64,000 bases of DNA, taken from the IMG/VR virus record IMGVR_UViG_3300014826_000003, one strand, 5' to 3'. Below the pieces are notes generated by a model. That model saw only the letters and a program-made list of their open reading frames with translations. It searched no databases and was not told the DNA's origin. Position numbers and translations under genes: made by a program. This document shows, one piece after another, positions 47,933 through 58,535 of this stretch. The stretch is from an uncultured virus (IMG/VR IMGVR_UViG_3300014826_000003) (Duplodnaviria > Heunggongvirae > Uroviricota > Caudoviricetes). Positions within the stretch are counted from its first letter, which is position 1; each line of letters opens with the position of its first letter.

Positions 47933-48479
47933 GATAAAAGATAAGAAAGCTCCGGCTGAGAAGAAGGTAGAGGCTAAGCAGAACAATCCACCAAAACCAG
48001 ATCCTCATGTATTGATGTATGGTACTGCTACTCCTTACGTGGCTTTGTTTGATGAAGGTTCTATGCCGGTCATGAATCCTTTAACTAACATACCTCTTGG
48101 AGCTTATATCTCCCGATTTAACTACAAGTTTGATGAAGAGAATGAGAACCAAGCTACATTGATATTTGATACTGGTAATCCTGATACGGTAGATATAGAA
48201 GCTATCCAAGAAGGTAAAACTCTTTACCTTCAGTGGGGCTACATCTACCCGAATGGAGAATCAAAATCCAGTAAAGTACACGCTGTAGAGGTTAAAGAGT
48301 TAGGCTCCACTTTCAATGATCAAGGTACTACTCTTACCTTGAAATGTAAGGATGGTACTTCATCTCTCAGGGAGGATGTACCATATAAGTCTAACGGTAT
48401 GGATTGGTATAAAATGAAGAATTTCCTCGATGATGGCTTAGGTCAAGAACGAGGAGTAATCATAGAAATGTTTGAGTGA
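47925..48479 (+). CDS. baseplate hub (gpD/gp27-like), N-terminal part
   Basis: ISRFNYKFDE..NQATL, LYLQWGY, TLTLKCKD. Confidence 0.55.
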   Translation: MAKIKDKKAPAEKKVEAKQNNPPKPDPHVLMYGTATPYVALFDEGSMPVMNPLTNIPLGAYISRFNYKFDEENENQATLIFDTGNPDTVDIEAIQEGKTLYLQWGYIYPNGESKSSKVHAVEVKELGSTFNDQGTTLTLKCKDGTSSLREDVPYKSNGMDWYKMKNFLDDGLGQERGVIIEMFE

Positions 48480-50431
48480 TGGAACCGAAGCTAATAAGTA
48501 ACCAAGTGTATGAGGCTATACAAGTACCAACACTTGAAGAGGATATGCCTTCCAAGAGTACTATCCTGTATGCTAATAGGTATTCAGGAGTACAGGAAGT
48601 GGAGATGACCGATCCTGAGCTAGTGGATTTGATTAACAGCTCCATAGGTATGGCTGGTTCTAATGTACTAGTTCAGCTTAAGCAGAAGATGGAGAAGTTT
48701 CGTAATGGTCCTTGGTATATAGATTCCAGGGACGGTGTGGTGTATATACACAATAGGAAACTAAATCAGGAATCTGTAACCAATTACATATACCAGCAGG
48801 AGAATGGAGAACTCTTATCAGCCTCTTTCAATATGATAGAGGTGTTTAAGCCTTTTGCTGGTGTGAGTAGCTTTATAAACAGTTTAACTAAGGCTGTTGA
48901 TTCTGTTACTACTCAGTTAGCTGATTACCAAGTTCAACTTCAGAAACAGGTAGACGACTTAAGATTTCGTCATGTAGAGCCTCTTGATTCTATACCAGAC
49001 TATCGAGCAAGAGCTAATGAACAGTATGGGCCTCAGATGGAATGGGAATCTAAACGTCGTTCAGCTGCTTGGGAAGGTAGGAAGCAGAAGAGACAGTATG
49101 ATGCTAAAGACCCTGCTACCATAAAAGCTGAATCTCAGGCTAGAGCAGAACAGAGTTATGCTAGGGCTAATAAGCGAGGTATGGCACAGAAGTATCTTAC
49201 TGATATGAACCCATGTTATAACAACTATCGGTTAATGTGCGAACAGTATGGTACCAGTAGTAATCAAGCTAAGAGGGCTTGGCAAGAGGTAGAGAATTAT
49301 GCCAAGAACCAAACTGTAGAACTGGCTCCAAATGAAGGAGTTTGGGATTATTATAATGCTACTATAGCTGTAGGACAAAGCGTAACTTCTCCTTCTCAAC
49401 CAGCTACTGAACCATCTTCTTCATTGGTACAAAAGGCCATTGAAGCTTGGAAGAACTCTCATCCAGGTTTCCAGGTTGTTCAGACTTTAGGTACCTCATG
49501 GAAGAAAGGCAAGAAAGAATACTTCTTCTCAGATTACCATACTGATGACTACTCTACAGGGTACAAGTGGTCAGCATTTGTAACTTTTAAGTACTTTGGT
49601 GTAGGTACTAAAAAGGCAGTAGTTAGAGCAGATAGACTTTTGAGAGATACTCATCCTAGATACTCTACTCCTAACCTCGGAGCTACCTTACAAAATGCAG
49701 CAGGCAATGTTGGCCGAGGTAAGAAAGAGAAAAGGTTACAGGCTGAACTAAGGGTTGTAGGTAATCCTACTTTGGAATCCATGCAGCAGATAGGTATTTA
49801 TAATGTAGGTAAGAAATACTCCGGACCTTGGTATATAAAGTCTGTAGATCACTCATTTGAATTTGGTCAAGGCTACATCTGCGATATTGAATTAAGTAAG
49901 CAGGTACCAAAACCTGGTTCTAGTGGAGAAACCACTTCAGTGGATTCAAAGGAATACACTAAAGACAACGGTACTCCTACAGTTAAGAAGTCTACAGTCA
50001 CCAGTACTTCTGGTAAGAAAGGTGGTAAAGGTTCTACTGGTGGTCAACGATCTAAAGCTAATACTCCTAGTGTTACTACTAGAGATGGAGCTATAGTTAT
50101 CTCTCAATGGGATGCTGCTACAATGGAGGTTGTATCTTCTGAGATGGCTACTGCTAGAAGTGATGCTGAAGCTCAGAAGATTTTGGACCGTCATGCTCGT
50201 CAGTATGTAGCTAACGACAAGAGGAATAAAGCTAAGGGTACTAATACACCGTATGCAAAGTTTGGTAGTACTAAACGTAATAAGGATGGTACTTACAGTA
50301 CTAAGGTAACTGTTAACCAAGATGCTAAGGTAGATGCTAAAGATCCAACACCTATTACTATCACTGGTACAGCCTACAATGACATATGGGTTATGACTAA
50401 TCAGAAACGTGAACAAAGGAAAAAGAAGTAA
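48479..50431 (+). CDS. baseplate hub (gpD/gp27-like), C-terminal part with large insertions
   Basis: WYIDSRDGVVYI; VVGNPTL...YSGPWYIKSVDHSF..GYICDIEL; TGATG coupling to the previous ORF. Confidence 0.6.
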   Translation: MEPKLISNQVYEAIQVPTLEEDMPSKSTILYANRYSGVQEVEMTDPELVDLINSSIGMAGSNVLVQLKQKMEKFRNGPWYIDSRDGVVYIHNRKLNQESVTNYIYQQENGELLSASFNMIEVFKPFAGVSSFINSLTKAVDSVTTQLADYQVQLQKQVDDLRFRHVEPLDSIPDYRARANEQYGPQMEWESKRRSAAWEGRKQKRQYDAKDPATIKAESQARAEQSYARANKRGMAQKYLTDMNPCYNNYRLMCEQYGTSSNQAKRAWQEVENYAKNQTVELAPNEGVWDYYNATIAVGQSVTSPSQPATEPSSSLVQKAIEAWKNSHPGFQVVQTLGTSWKKGKKEYFFSDYHTDDYSTGYKWSAFVTFKYFGVGTKKAVVRADRLLRDTHPRYSTPNLGATLQNAAGNVGRGKKEKRLQAELRVVGNPTLESMQQIGIYNVGKKYSGPWYIKSVDHSFEFGQGYICDIELSKQVPKPGSSGETTSVDSKEYTKDNGTPTVKKSTVTSTSGKKGGKGSTGGQRSKANTPSVTTRDGAIVISQWDAATMEVVSSEMATARSDAEAQKILDRHARQYVANDKRNKAKGTNTPYAKFGSTKRNKDGTYSTKVTVNQDAKVDAKDPTPITITGTAYNDIWVMTNQKREQRKKK

Positions 50432-50433
50432 CT

Positions 50434-51162
50434 ATGGGCAAGAAGAATAGAGAAGCTGTAGCTGGAGCTATGGCTGAAAGGGGTACTGAGGTAATCGGTA
50501 GATATTACTCTGTTTATCGAGCTACAGTACTTCTTAATGAAGACCCTATGCACTTGAATCGTCTCAAGGTATACATACCTGATCTAGATGCTATCGACTG
50601 GGCTTTACCTAGAGGTATACCTGGTACAGAGAAAGCTGGAGCAAGGTTATTCACTTTGCCTCGATTCAATGACATAGTATATATAACCTTCGAGGATGGT
50701 AATCCTTCTTTACCTCTTTGGGAGTACCATGGTTGGGGAGAACAACAGATTCCTGGAGAATTCGATGATCCAGATGTTTGTGGTATAATAACTCAAAAAG
50801 GTACATGCGTTATTCTTAACGATAGAACTGGTGAGCTATTTCTTAAGTCTCCTACTCGTATGGCTATCCAAGCAGAAGGTGAAGAAGGTGTTATTATAAA
50901 TGCTGAGCATATCTACTTAAGCTCTCTAGATCAAGTGCAAGTAAACAAGGGTGATCAGGGAGTTATCTTTATCAACGAGTTAACCGAAAAGTTAAATAAG
51001 CTGGTAAAAGAAGTAGATGATCTCCGGATCAAGTATAATACTCATACTCATACAGGAGTAACTACTGGTCCTGGATCTTCTGGGCCAACTGCGACTTTGG
51101 CAACGAAACCAATATCGCAATTTAATAAAAAGGATTATGAGGACGAAACATTCTTACATTAA
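50434..51162 (+). CDS. baseplate central spike (gpV/gp5-like)
   Basis: DP..LNRLKV.IP, LPRFND.VYITFEDGNP..P OB-fold motifs; C-terminal HTH(TG) His-x-His motif. Confidence 0.85.
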   Translation: MGKKNREAVAGAMAERGTEVIGRYYSVYRATVLLNEDPMHLNRLKVYIPDLDAIDWALPRGIPGTEKAGARLFTLPRFNDIVYITFEDGNPSLPLWEYHGWGEQQIPGEFDDPDVCGIITQKGTCVILNDRTGELFLKSPTRMAIQAEGEEGVIINAEHIYLSSLDQVQVNKGDQGVIFINELTEKLNKLVKEVDDLRIKYNTHTHTGVTTGPGSSGPTATLATKPISQFNKKDYEDETFLH

Positions 51163-51588
51163 ATGGCAGATTACAACTCTAATACAGTCGAGATAGGCGT
51201 AGGGGCTCTGTTCCCTATCCAACTCTCCAAAAACGACGCAGGTCAACAAGGTTGGTATCCGGCTGACGGAGATCCTGCCTTGATTGAGAATAACTTGCGT
51301 TCATTGATTGAATATACTATCGGCCAGAGATTCCGTCAGGAAGACTTTGGTACTAGACTCTGGGAATGTATAGAAGAACCGAATGCTCAGGCTCTTACAT
51401 TTATGGCAAGAGAATTTTTGGTAGAAGCTATACGGAAATACGAATCAAGGATCCAACTTAGACGGGTAACTACTACCCAGTACAATCAGTACTTATACAT
51501 TGTAATGGAGTACTGGTTAGTAGGTTTAGGTCAGGGCGGTTCTATGATATTGAAATACAATCGTTCAACAAATACTTTAACAACCTAG
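51163..51588 (+). CDS. baseplate wedge gp25/GPW-like
   Basis: GQRFRQEDFGTRL..IEEPN...AIRKYESRI. Confidence 0.85.
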   Translation: MADYNSNTVEIGVGALFPIQLSKNDAGQQGWYPADGDPALIENNLRSLIEYTIGQRFRQEDFGTRLWECIEEPNAQALTFMAREFLVEAIRKYESRIQLRRVTTTQYNQYLYIVMEYWLVGLGQGGSMILKYNRSTNTLTT

Positions 51589-51590
51589 AT

Positions 51591-53315
51591 ATGGCACTAA
51601 CAAACCCATGGACAAACCCTCTTCGGAGGTCCTTCCAGGATATTAAGGCCGACATGTTAACGGCTCTACAGAATATCAAAGGACCAGATGGAAATCCCTT
51701 GATAACTGATATATCCGAAGGTAATATCTTTGTAATCATCATCTCTCTGTTTGCGGCTATAGCAGAAGTCTTACACTTCTACATAGACAACATGGCAAGA
51801 GAATGTTTTATCAGTACTGCTAGACGGTATAGCTCTGTACAGAAGCAAGGCCTATTGGTAGACTACAAACCTAGAGGAGCTAATGCTGCTACAGTAGATG
51901 TAGTACTTACCAGACAACTCAACGGAATAGAAGCTGGAGCTCAGATTAAGATCCCAAAAGGTACAGAATTTACTGATACGGCTGGTAATCATTGGGAATC
52001 AGAGAGAGACGTTATCTGGTCTGCTTACGAGTTGAGTTGTATAGTACCACTGATACAACATCAGAAGTATAACGGCTCTGTACTTAATGGTACCAAGATT
52101 ACTTCTGCTGATGCTATCCTATACCTGGACACCAGCTTGGGAGGTAAGTACATAGAACAGAAGTCAGTAACTCTATCCTTAGGAGGTACTGCTTGGACTC
52201 AGGTAGATACGTTTGCTTATTCAAAGCCTTCAGATAAACACTTCTTGGTAACTGTAGATGAGAATGACCAGCCGATGATAATCTTCGGTGATGGTAAATT
52301 CGGATCTAAGCCATCCGTAGGTTCTACTATCCAAGTAACCTTCTATATAACGGCTGGAGGTTCTGGTAATGTAACAAAAGATGCTATCACTACTGTACCC
52401 AATGTGGTATCAGCTTCAGTACCAGATGCTACTTGCAATAATCCTTATGGATCAGGAGATGGTTTGGATTATGAGGACATAGATCAGCTCCGTAATCATA
52501 TACCTCTTCATGCAAGGACTATGGCAGTAGCTATCACTAAGCAGGACTTCATAGACTGTGCTAAGTTGGTACCTGGAGTAAATGACTGTGCAGTAGATTA
52601 CATCTGTGGTAAACGTATCGATCTATACATTAGCCCAGTAGACCGAGAGTCTAACGGTGGCATTGCTTCTAGTACTCTTTGCAATAATGTAAAGAATTAT
52701 TTAGAACAACACGCTCCAATGGCTACGTGGTTACACGTATTTGCTGCAGGCATTGCCAAGATACACCTTACTATTGATGTAACTGGTAAACCTTCTTACC
52801 GTAGAGATGAGATACAGAATCAGATACTTAGGGCTCTGTATAATCAGTATGCCTTCTCTAAAGCTAAGATAGGAGGTAAGGTACGTATATCTGATATCTA
52901 TGCTCTGATCGATAATTTGGAATCGGTAGATTACTTGTACATCAAGAAGTTCTATGTAGGCCCCTGGCCTAAGATAATATATGGAGATAAGCAATTAGAT
53001 CTAAGCCTTGAAGGTATAGAGAAGGCTACTGGGAAGATGACTTACATACTAAGCTTCTCTAGTGCTAATCAATTCTCCATCTACTCGACAACGGGAGGCT
53101 TTAGCCTTGAGAATCAAGCTGTAGGTAATGTTACAGTTGATGACCAAAAGAATGGCTTCAATTTCTCTATTAAGCTTTCTGGTTCTTATGCGCAAGGAAA
53201 CAAGTATGCTTTCACCATATCAGAACCGAACCACGACTACGAGGAGCCTGGCTTTAACCAGGTGGTTTTCGATAGTGATAGCCTACTAACATTAACTATA
53301 AATGAGACAGTATAA
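51591..53315 (+). CDS. baseplate wedge J / gp6-like
   Basis: FISTARR, IIFGDGKFG..P, GDGLDYEDIDQLR, AITKQDF. Confidence 0.85.
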   Translation: MALTNPWTNPLRRSFQDIKADMLTALQNIKGPDGNPLITDISEGNIFVIIISLFAAIAEVLHFYIDNMARECFISTARRYSSVQKQGLLVDYKPRGANAATVDVVLTRQLNGIEAGAQIKIPKGTEFTDTAGNHWESERDVIWSAYELSCIVPLIQHQKYNGSVLNGTKITSADAILYLDTSLGGKYIEQKSVTLSLGGTAWTQVDTFAYSKPSDKHFLVTVDENDQPMIIFGDGKFGSKPSVGSTIQVTFYITAGGSGNVTKDAITTVPNVVSASVPDATCNNPYGSGDGLDYEDIDQLRNHIPLHARTMAVAITKQDFIDCAKLVPGVNDCAVDYICGKRIDLYISPVDRESNGGIASSTLCNNVKNYLEQHAPMATWLHVFAAGIAKIHLTIDVTGKPSYRRDEIQNQILRALYNQYAFSKAKIGGKVRISDIYALIDNLESVDYLYIKKFYVGPWPKIIYGDKQLDLSLEGIEKATGKMTYILSFSSANQFSIYSTTGGFSLENQAVGNVTVDDQKNGFNFSIKLSGSYAQGNKYAFTISEPNHDYEEPGFNQVVFDSDSLLTLTINETV

Positions 53316-55792
53316 TGGGTATAAGGAATCTTATAGACTTCTTACCTTACTATTTCAAAGCTAAAGATACTTATAAAGACAGCTCAGGTAAGGGTATCTT
53401 AGAGAAGTTTCTAGAGGTTTGTGGAGATTACTTTACAGATAATCTTCATACCGTTATAGGAGAAACTCTAGATATCCTTGACCTTGAAGCTACTACCGAA
53501 TATTACTTATCATATCTTTGGGAAATTCTTGGGCAACTACCCTTTGCTAACCAGCGAGAGGTAAAGCCTTTTGAATTAACTGAGGCTCAGCAAAGAGCTC
53601 TGATCAAATATGGTAATGCTTTCCTTAAGATCAGAGGTACCAAAGAGTTTTTCGAAGTAGTAGCTCGAGTGTACGGTTGGAATATAAGTATCTCGGTTGA
53701 TGATAATGGTTGGGAGAAGGACTTACTCAGAAACTCTGAAGTCAAGTACCCTTACCTTGATGCTGAGGTATTTGATGACAAAGACATAGCTTTCGATGAA
53801 TACCATCGGATGAAGCAATGTGTAAATGCTACCTTTACAATCACTGGTACATTCACTGATAACGTGGGAGCTCAGAAAGCTTTAAAGGCTTTCGTAGAGA
53901 AGTATGTACCTTTCAATGTACATCCGAAAGTAATAGTGAACGGTGTATCATTGGAGACTACTCTTAGTATCCTAGTAGAGAAGTGGACTGACAAAGGTTG
54001 GGTTAAAGCTAATTCTGAGGAAAGGTTAGAGAGTACCTTGAAGTTTAGGGTATCTATGGTTGATGCCGAAGGTAATAGGTACGACGATGTTAACTTCTAC
54101 AGCGCAGTATCATCTTCTACTAGTAGAGTACTACGTACCTCTCCTTATGAATTTACTGTAACTAATGTAAAGAACGCTTCTGGAGATACATACCAATTTA
54201 TTACCCTAGATAATAGGGTTACTTCTCTGAAGATTACTACCGAAGCTGTAACGGTAGACTCATTCAGTATTAAGTGTAGTCCTACAGAAGCTACTCTACC
54301 TTTGAATGGAGGTAAAGCTTCTACGGTAGTAACTGGTACTATCAATGGTAATCCTGCTCAGGTATACTGCTTGGAAACTGGAGAAACCAAAGCTTCCGGT
54401 TCTACATGGCAGTTTGAGGATGCTGGTACTTATAACTTCTGTTTAGTGGCTAATGGTACAGTAAGAACTTCATTCAGGGTTAAGGCTGCTTCTTACCATT
54501 ATAAGGTAGAAGTAGTGGAGGCTAATTCCGGTCAGTATGTAACGAATCTTACTAAGATAACGGGTTCTCTGAATAACACCCGTTTCATAGCTAGAGTTAC
54601 CTGTACCAAGCCTGATGTAGACAGTAGTACTTTGAAGTTTAAGATTGAAGGTACTTCTCTTGTATATCCGTCAGGAACTACTTTTAAGGTTCCGGCTTAT
54701 GGTACTTACATCCTGAAGCCTTATGTGGATATGGAAGGCAATGAGAATGCTACTCTTACTGTTACATCAAGTAACCTGAACTTCAATACATTCATCATTG
54801 CAAGAGAGGCTAATCCAAGTATCATCAGTAATGATAAGGCTACTACTTATGCAGACATCCAAACTCAGCCAAGAAATACGGCTTCAGCTCAGTTAATGAG
54901 TTCTGGTTTAGCTTGGCAAGTTCAGGTACCTGGTAGTGATGAAGTTATTAACGTACCTTATCAGGGTACAGTAAGTGGTGACTACGGTACAATTCAGAGT
55001 ACTTCAGTTAACACTATACGTATTACTTCTAAGATAGGTGGTACTTATAAAGCTTGGCCTTCGGTTTACCCTTCTGGTAGTGCTTCTTGGGAGGTACAAG
55101 ATACCAGAGTAACAGAGTATCAGCCAGATAAGTTGGTAATCATACCAGATAATGAAACCTCTGCTTGGTCTGGAGGTAATACTGAGAATGCTACTTATCA
55201 GTTATCGGAGACGGATGTAGAAGCTAAGTTTAAACTAGCTCTTCTTGACACTAGTGGTGGTACTATGTCTCCAGGTGTTAGAGCTGTTGAGTCTGGTACT
55301 TCTACTATGTATGCCATGGGCGTAGACATTACTAAGGTGGATAAAGGTACTTATACCTATACTCTAACTTATAAAGGTCAAACGTTTACAGCTACTCTAC
55401 AGGTTAAGGACTTCCAGTTAGAGGTCAAGTTAAGTTGTACACCTTCTTCTTCAGCTTTCCAAGGTGGTCAAGCTTCTACTAAGTTAGCGATATCTGCTAA
55501 CAAGTCTGTAGCTTTGTCTATCAAGGAATCTGACTCAGGAGATCTTTACAGTAATGGAGATACATTCATTGCTTATGAGGAAAAGGAGTACACCTTTATT
55601 GCTATGGTAGATGGTCAAGAGTTTGTAGATGCTAGCGGTAATAAAGTTACTGCTAAGTTTAAAGTTACTGACTTGACGGCTGTTACTGTAGAGCCAGAGG
55701 TAATAGAATGGGAGGCAGATGAGACTGATGAACGACAAATAACAATCACTACTCCTTCAGATTCCACTGAATGGGTAATAATACAATCTTAG
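53315..55792 (+). CDS. baseplate I-like protein with Ig-like C-terminal modules
   Basis: LPYYF..D, LKIRGTK, YVPFN, followed by T/S/G-rich beta repeats. Confidence 0.6.
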   Translation: MGIRNLIDFLPYYFKAKDTYKDSSGKGILEKFLEVCGDYFTDNLHTVIGETLDILDLEATTEYYLSYLWEILGQLPFANQREVKPFELTEAQQRALIKYGNAFLKIRGTKEFFEVVARVYGWNISISVDDNGWEKDLLRNSEVKYPYLDAEVFDDKDIAFDEYHRMKQCVNATFTITGTFTDNVGAQKALKAFVEKYVPFNVHPKVIVNGVSLETTLSILVEKWTDKGWVKANSEERLESTLKFRVSMVDAEGNRYDDVNFYSAVSSSTSRVLRTSPYEFTVTNVKNASGDTYQFITLDNRVTSLKITTEAVTVDSFSIKCSPTEATLPLNGGKASTVVTGTINGNPAQVYCLETGETKASGSTWQFEDAGTYNFCLVANGTVRTSFRVKAASYHYKVEVVEANSGQYVTNLTKITGSLNNTRFIARVTCTKPDVDSSTLKFKIEGTSLVYPSGTTFKVPAYGTYILKPYVDMEGNENATLTVTSSNLNFNTFIIAREANPSIISNDKATTYADIQTQPRNTASAQLMSSGLAWQVQVPGSDEVINVPYQGTVSGDYGTIQSTSVNTIRITSKIGGTYKAWPSVYPSGSASWEVQDTRVTEYQPDKLVIIPDNETSAWSGGNTENATYQLSETDVEAKFKLALLDTSGGTMSPGVRAVESGTSTMYAMGVDITKVDKGTYTYTLTYKGQTFTATLQVKDFQLEVKLSCTPSSSAFQGGQASTKLAISANKSVALSIKESDSGDLYSNGDTFIAYEEKEYTFIAMVDGQEFVDASGNKVTAKFKVTDLTAVTVEPEVIEWEADETDERQITITTPSDSTEWVIIQS

Positions 55793-55795
55793 GCT

Positions 55796-56272
55796 ATGGT
55801 AGAAATAACAACAACTCTATTAGAGGCTATAGGTTTATTGTTGGGAGGTAGCGGAATAGGCTACCTTCTAACTTTAAAGTATGCCCGTCAGCAAGCTAGA
55901 GGAGAAGCTCGGCAAGCTGAAAATGAAGCGACTAAAGCAGTTCAAGATGTATATCAAGAACTAGTTGATGATGTTAAGAAGGATAGGGAAGAACAGAAAC
56001 AGTACATTGCTGAATTGAAAGAAGACCGGAATCACCTTCGTCAGGACAGGGATGAACTTCGAGTAGAAAACCTGAAGTTACGGAAAGTAACTAATGAACT
56101 ACAAGATGAGATCCAGGATATTAAAAAGGTTCAGGCCAGACAAGGTAGAAAACTGGAGGCTATTACCCCTTTCTTATGTAGCCGTACAGAATGTACGGAT
56201 CGCATCAGAGCTACTATCAACGAACTTACCAAACGTAAGAAGAGTACTGAAGAAGAATATAAAGACGTATAA
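55796..56272 (+). CDS. single-TM coiled-coil protein (holin/lysis candidate)
   Basis: N-terminal TM LLEAIGLLLGGSGIGYLL, long coiled coil, C-x4-C-x2-R. Confidence 0.5.
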   Translation: MVEITTTLLEAIGLLLGGSGIGYLLTLKYARQQARGEARQAENEATKAVQDVYQELVDDVKKDREEQKQYIAELKEDRNHLRQDRDELRVENLKLRKVTNELQDEIQDIKKVQARQGRKLEAITPFLCSRTECTDRIRATINELTKRKKSTEEEYKDV

Positions 56273-56275
56273 ATC

Positions 56276-57745
56276 ATGAAAGAGAATTATTTTGATTATG
56301 GCTCTCACATAGAGTCTAAGAGAGTATCTGAAGCTATAGCTATGCCTGCAGGAGTAGGCCCAGTATGTGGTTTCGGATCTGCTGATATATCCGGTAGTCA
56401 ACTTACTGTATACCCTTACGGTAGAGGAGATGCCGGTTCGGCTAATGCAAATGAATCCCCTGCTGACCCGTTAAGGTTTATAATGAGATCCCGAGTAGAT
56501 GCCAGATACATACCTACTGCTCAAGATGCAGCTCCTGGATCTGCTACAATTACCTTTGGAGTAATTGCCAGGGATGGTATACTGTACCGTTCAGGAGAAC
56601 CATCAATGAAAGTTACGATTGAGAATTCAAAATCTACTTTCAATCAGGTGTTCCTATTTGCTTCGCATAAGCATATTACGGAGCCTGTGCAGAATCTAGT
56701 AGAATTTCGTGCATTCTATAATGAGAGCTCTGATAACGACTTCTTTGCATTATACCAAAAGACCAAGGATATTTACTATCCTGCAAGTTTAACTAGTCGT
56801 AGACCTTCGGTAGCAGATAAGAATGACCCAACACTTATAGAAGACTTTAACTATGAGGCTTTGCTGAAAAAGGTGAAAGCTTCTTGTAGTACTTACCGGT
56901 CAATGGAGAAGGAGTTAGTCTTAGTAGGTATTTATGGAGATGGTACTTCTGCTACCTCTGAGGCTTTGGAGAACTTTGCTATCGTACCCTACAACGGGAC
57001 TTTCCCAGGTGAGTTACCTTATAACTTGGCTATACACAGTTACTTCAAGCAGGCCCTGAGTAGGGTAGAGGCTTTCATGGATTATACTGTTGTAGAGGGT
57101 ACCATTAACCCAGAAACTGGTTTACCTTTTACTAGTTTACCGGAGTACATGTTATATCTGATCAATCAAAAGACTTCAGGTTTACAAACTCAGATTGATA
57201 AAGCTCTCATACCTGCTGGTAGTATCATCCTCTGGGAAGGCGAAGAGATGCCTGATGATACTTGGGAAGAGTATACTTCAGCTTCAGGTAGGGTAGTCAT
57301 AGGCTATCGTCAAGGTGGTATTACTAGGGATATCGATAACTCTGGTGGATCTACAGCTTTGACCATACTCCAGAATGTAGGTGATACATATGATCCGGTT
57401 CCAGCAGAAGGTACATGGGCTATACACTTGGATATGAATAGGCTACCAAGACATAGGCATTCTACTGGTTATGCCCGTACTGAGTTTAAGGATGAGCCAG
57501 ATGCTAATGGAGATAATGCTACACCCGTTGACTTCGATACTCGTGATAAGAGTCTTACTCAGAGGCATGATATATCTATACCTCTGGTATCAGGTGCAGC
57601 TTTAACCTCATATAACTTGGTAGGTGGTAATGTTACTGACGAGCAAAATAAGGCTACAACTTATATCGATAAGTTGATACCGGCTATTACTCTTAAGTAT
57701 ATACGTAAGAAGGCTAGTACTGCAACTAGCTCCGATGAAGGATAA
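56276..57745 (+). CDS. tail fibre/baseplate protein with collar-like domain
   Basis: IPAGSIILWEG...W...SGRVVIG...LPRHRH...PAITLKYIRK. Confidence 0.65.
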   Translation: MKENYFDYGSHIESKRVSEAIAMPAGVGPVCGFGSADISGSQLTVYPYGRGDAGSANANESPADPLRFIMRSRVDARYIPTAQDAAPGSATITFGVIARDGILYRSGEPSMKVTIENSKSTFNQVFLFASHKHITEPVQNLVEFRAFYNESSDNDFFALYQKTKDIYYPASLTSRRPSVADKNDPTLIEDFNYEALLKKVKASCSTYRSMEKELVLVGIYGDGTSATSEALENFAIVPYNGTFPGELPYNLAIHSYFKQALSRVEAFMDYTVVEGTINPETGLPFTSLPEYMLYLINQKTSGLQTQIDKALIPAGSIILWEGEEMPDDTWEEYTSASGRVVIGYRQGGITRDIDNSGGSTALTILQNVGDTYDPVPAEGTWAIHLDMNRLPRHRHSTGYARTEFKDEPDANGDNATPVDFDTRDKSLTQRHDISIPLVSGAALTSYNLVGGNVTDEQNKATTYIDKLIPAITLKYIRKKASTATSSDEG

Positions 57746-57794
57746 TCGGCTTTGGGTTTTTCATAGTTAGTATTTGTTTTAGGTTTTGTAAGGG

Positions 57795-57819
57795 AGAGGG
57801 AGTACGATGTACTCCCTCT
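57795..57819. terminator. bidirectional terminator between convergent genes
   Basis: agagggagtac-gat-gtactccctct, perfect 11-bp stem. Confidence 0.7.
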
Positions 57820-57827
57820 TATCATGT

Positions 57828-58478
57828 TTATTGAATATGTAATTCTTTTGAAGCTCTCTGGATATAATACCTGATATCTTCTCTGAGTTCTCCTATGTAC
57901 TTAACCGCATTCCTTGTTTTAGGTAGGTTAAAGAACTCGGCAATTAAGATGTTAGTAATCTTTCCGAACTGCATACGTTCTTCTATGTATGGTGGAGGAG
58001 TAGTTATAACTTCCCATACCAAGATAGCATCCATAGAAAGATTAGCTTTCATATAATCATTAACCATCTTAAGCATCTCTTCTTTCATCTTGGAATCATC
58101 CTCTGTATCGATAAACTCCTTATCATTATCGAATAAATCTTCCAGAGATCTTAAGCTCTGGTTAAACTCTGCTTTCTCATTGTAAGCATACTTAAGTAGG
58201 TGGAGCTTGTAAGTACTTAAAGCTCGAAGTATATTAGCTTTAAGATGTTCTTCACTTACTTCTCCATAATACTTGTTAAATACAAACAACATCTTATCCC
58301 AAAACCATGATGCTATTATATCTGAGGGTACGTTATACCTACGAGCATCTATGGTTTTGACTAAGTTCCTAAGTACAGGCTTGCAAACTTTATAAAGCCT
58401 TGCAAATACTGCTTCATCATAAACTTTCATAGGTTTAAGTCTATGAAGTTCAGATCCATCACCTTTAGTTCTTTCCAT
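57828..58478 (-). CDS. sigma70/ECF-like transcription factor (putative phage sigma)
   Basis: DEAVFARLYKVCKPVLRNL resembles sigma region 2; C-terminal HTH-like ITNILIAEFFNLP; has its own promoter. Confidence 0.55.
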   Translation of the reverse strand: MERTKGDGSELHRLKPMKVYDEAVFARLYKVCKPVLRNLVKTIDARRYNVPSDIIASWFWDKMLFVFNKYYGEVSEEHLKANILRALSTYKLHLLKYAYNEKAEFNQSLRSLEDLFDNDKEFIDTEDDSKMKEEMLKMVNDYMKANLSMDAILVWEVITTPPPYIEERMQFGKITNILIAEFFNLPKTRNAVKYIGELREDIRYYIQRASKELHIQ

Positions 58479-58502
58479 ATTGATATATTATTAAAAACTT
58501 TG

Positions 58503-58535
58503 TGCAAATATACATATTTTATTTTATATATGCAA
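58503..58535 (-). promoter_or_regulatory. Bacteroidota-type promoter, copy 8
   Basis: Reverse complement TTGCATATATAAAATAAAATATGTATATTTGCA. Confidence 0.8.
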
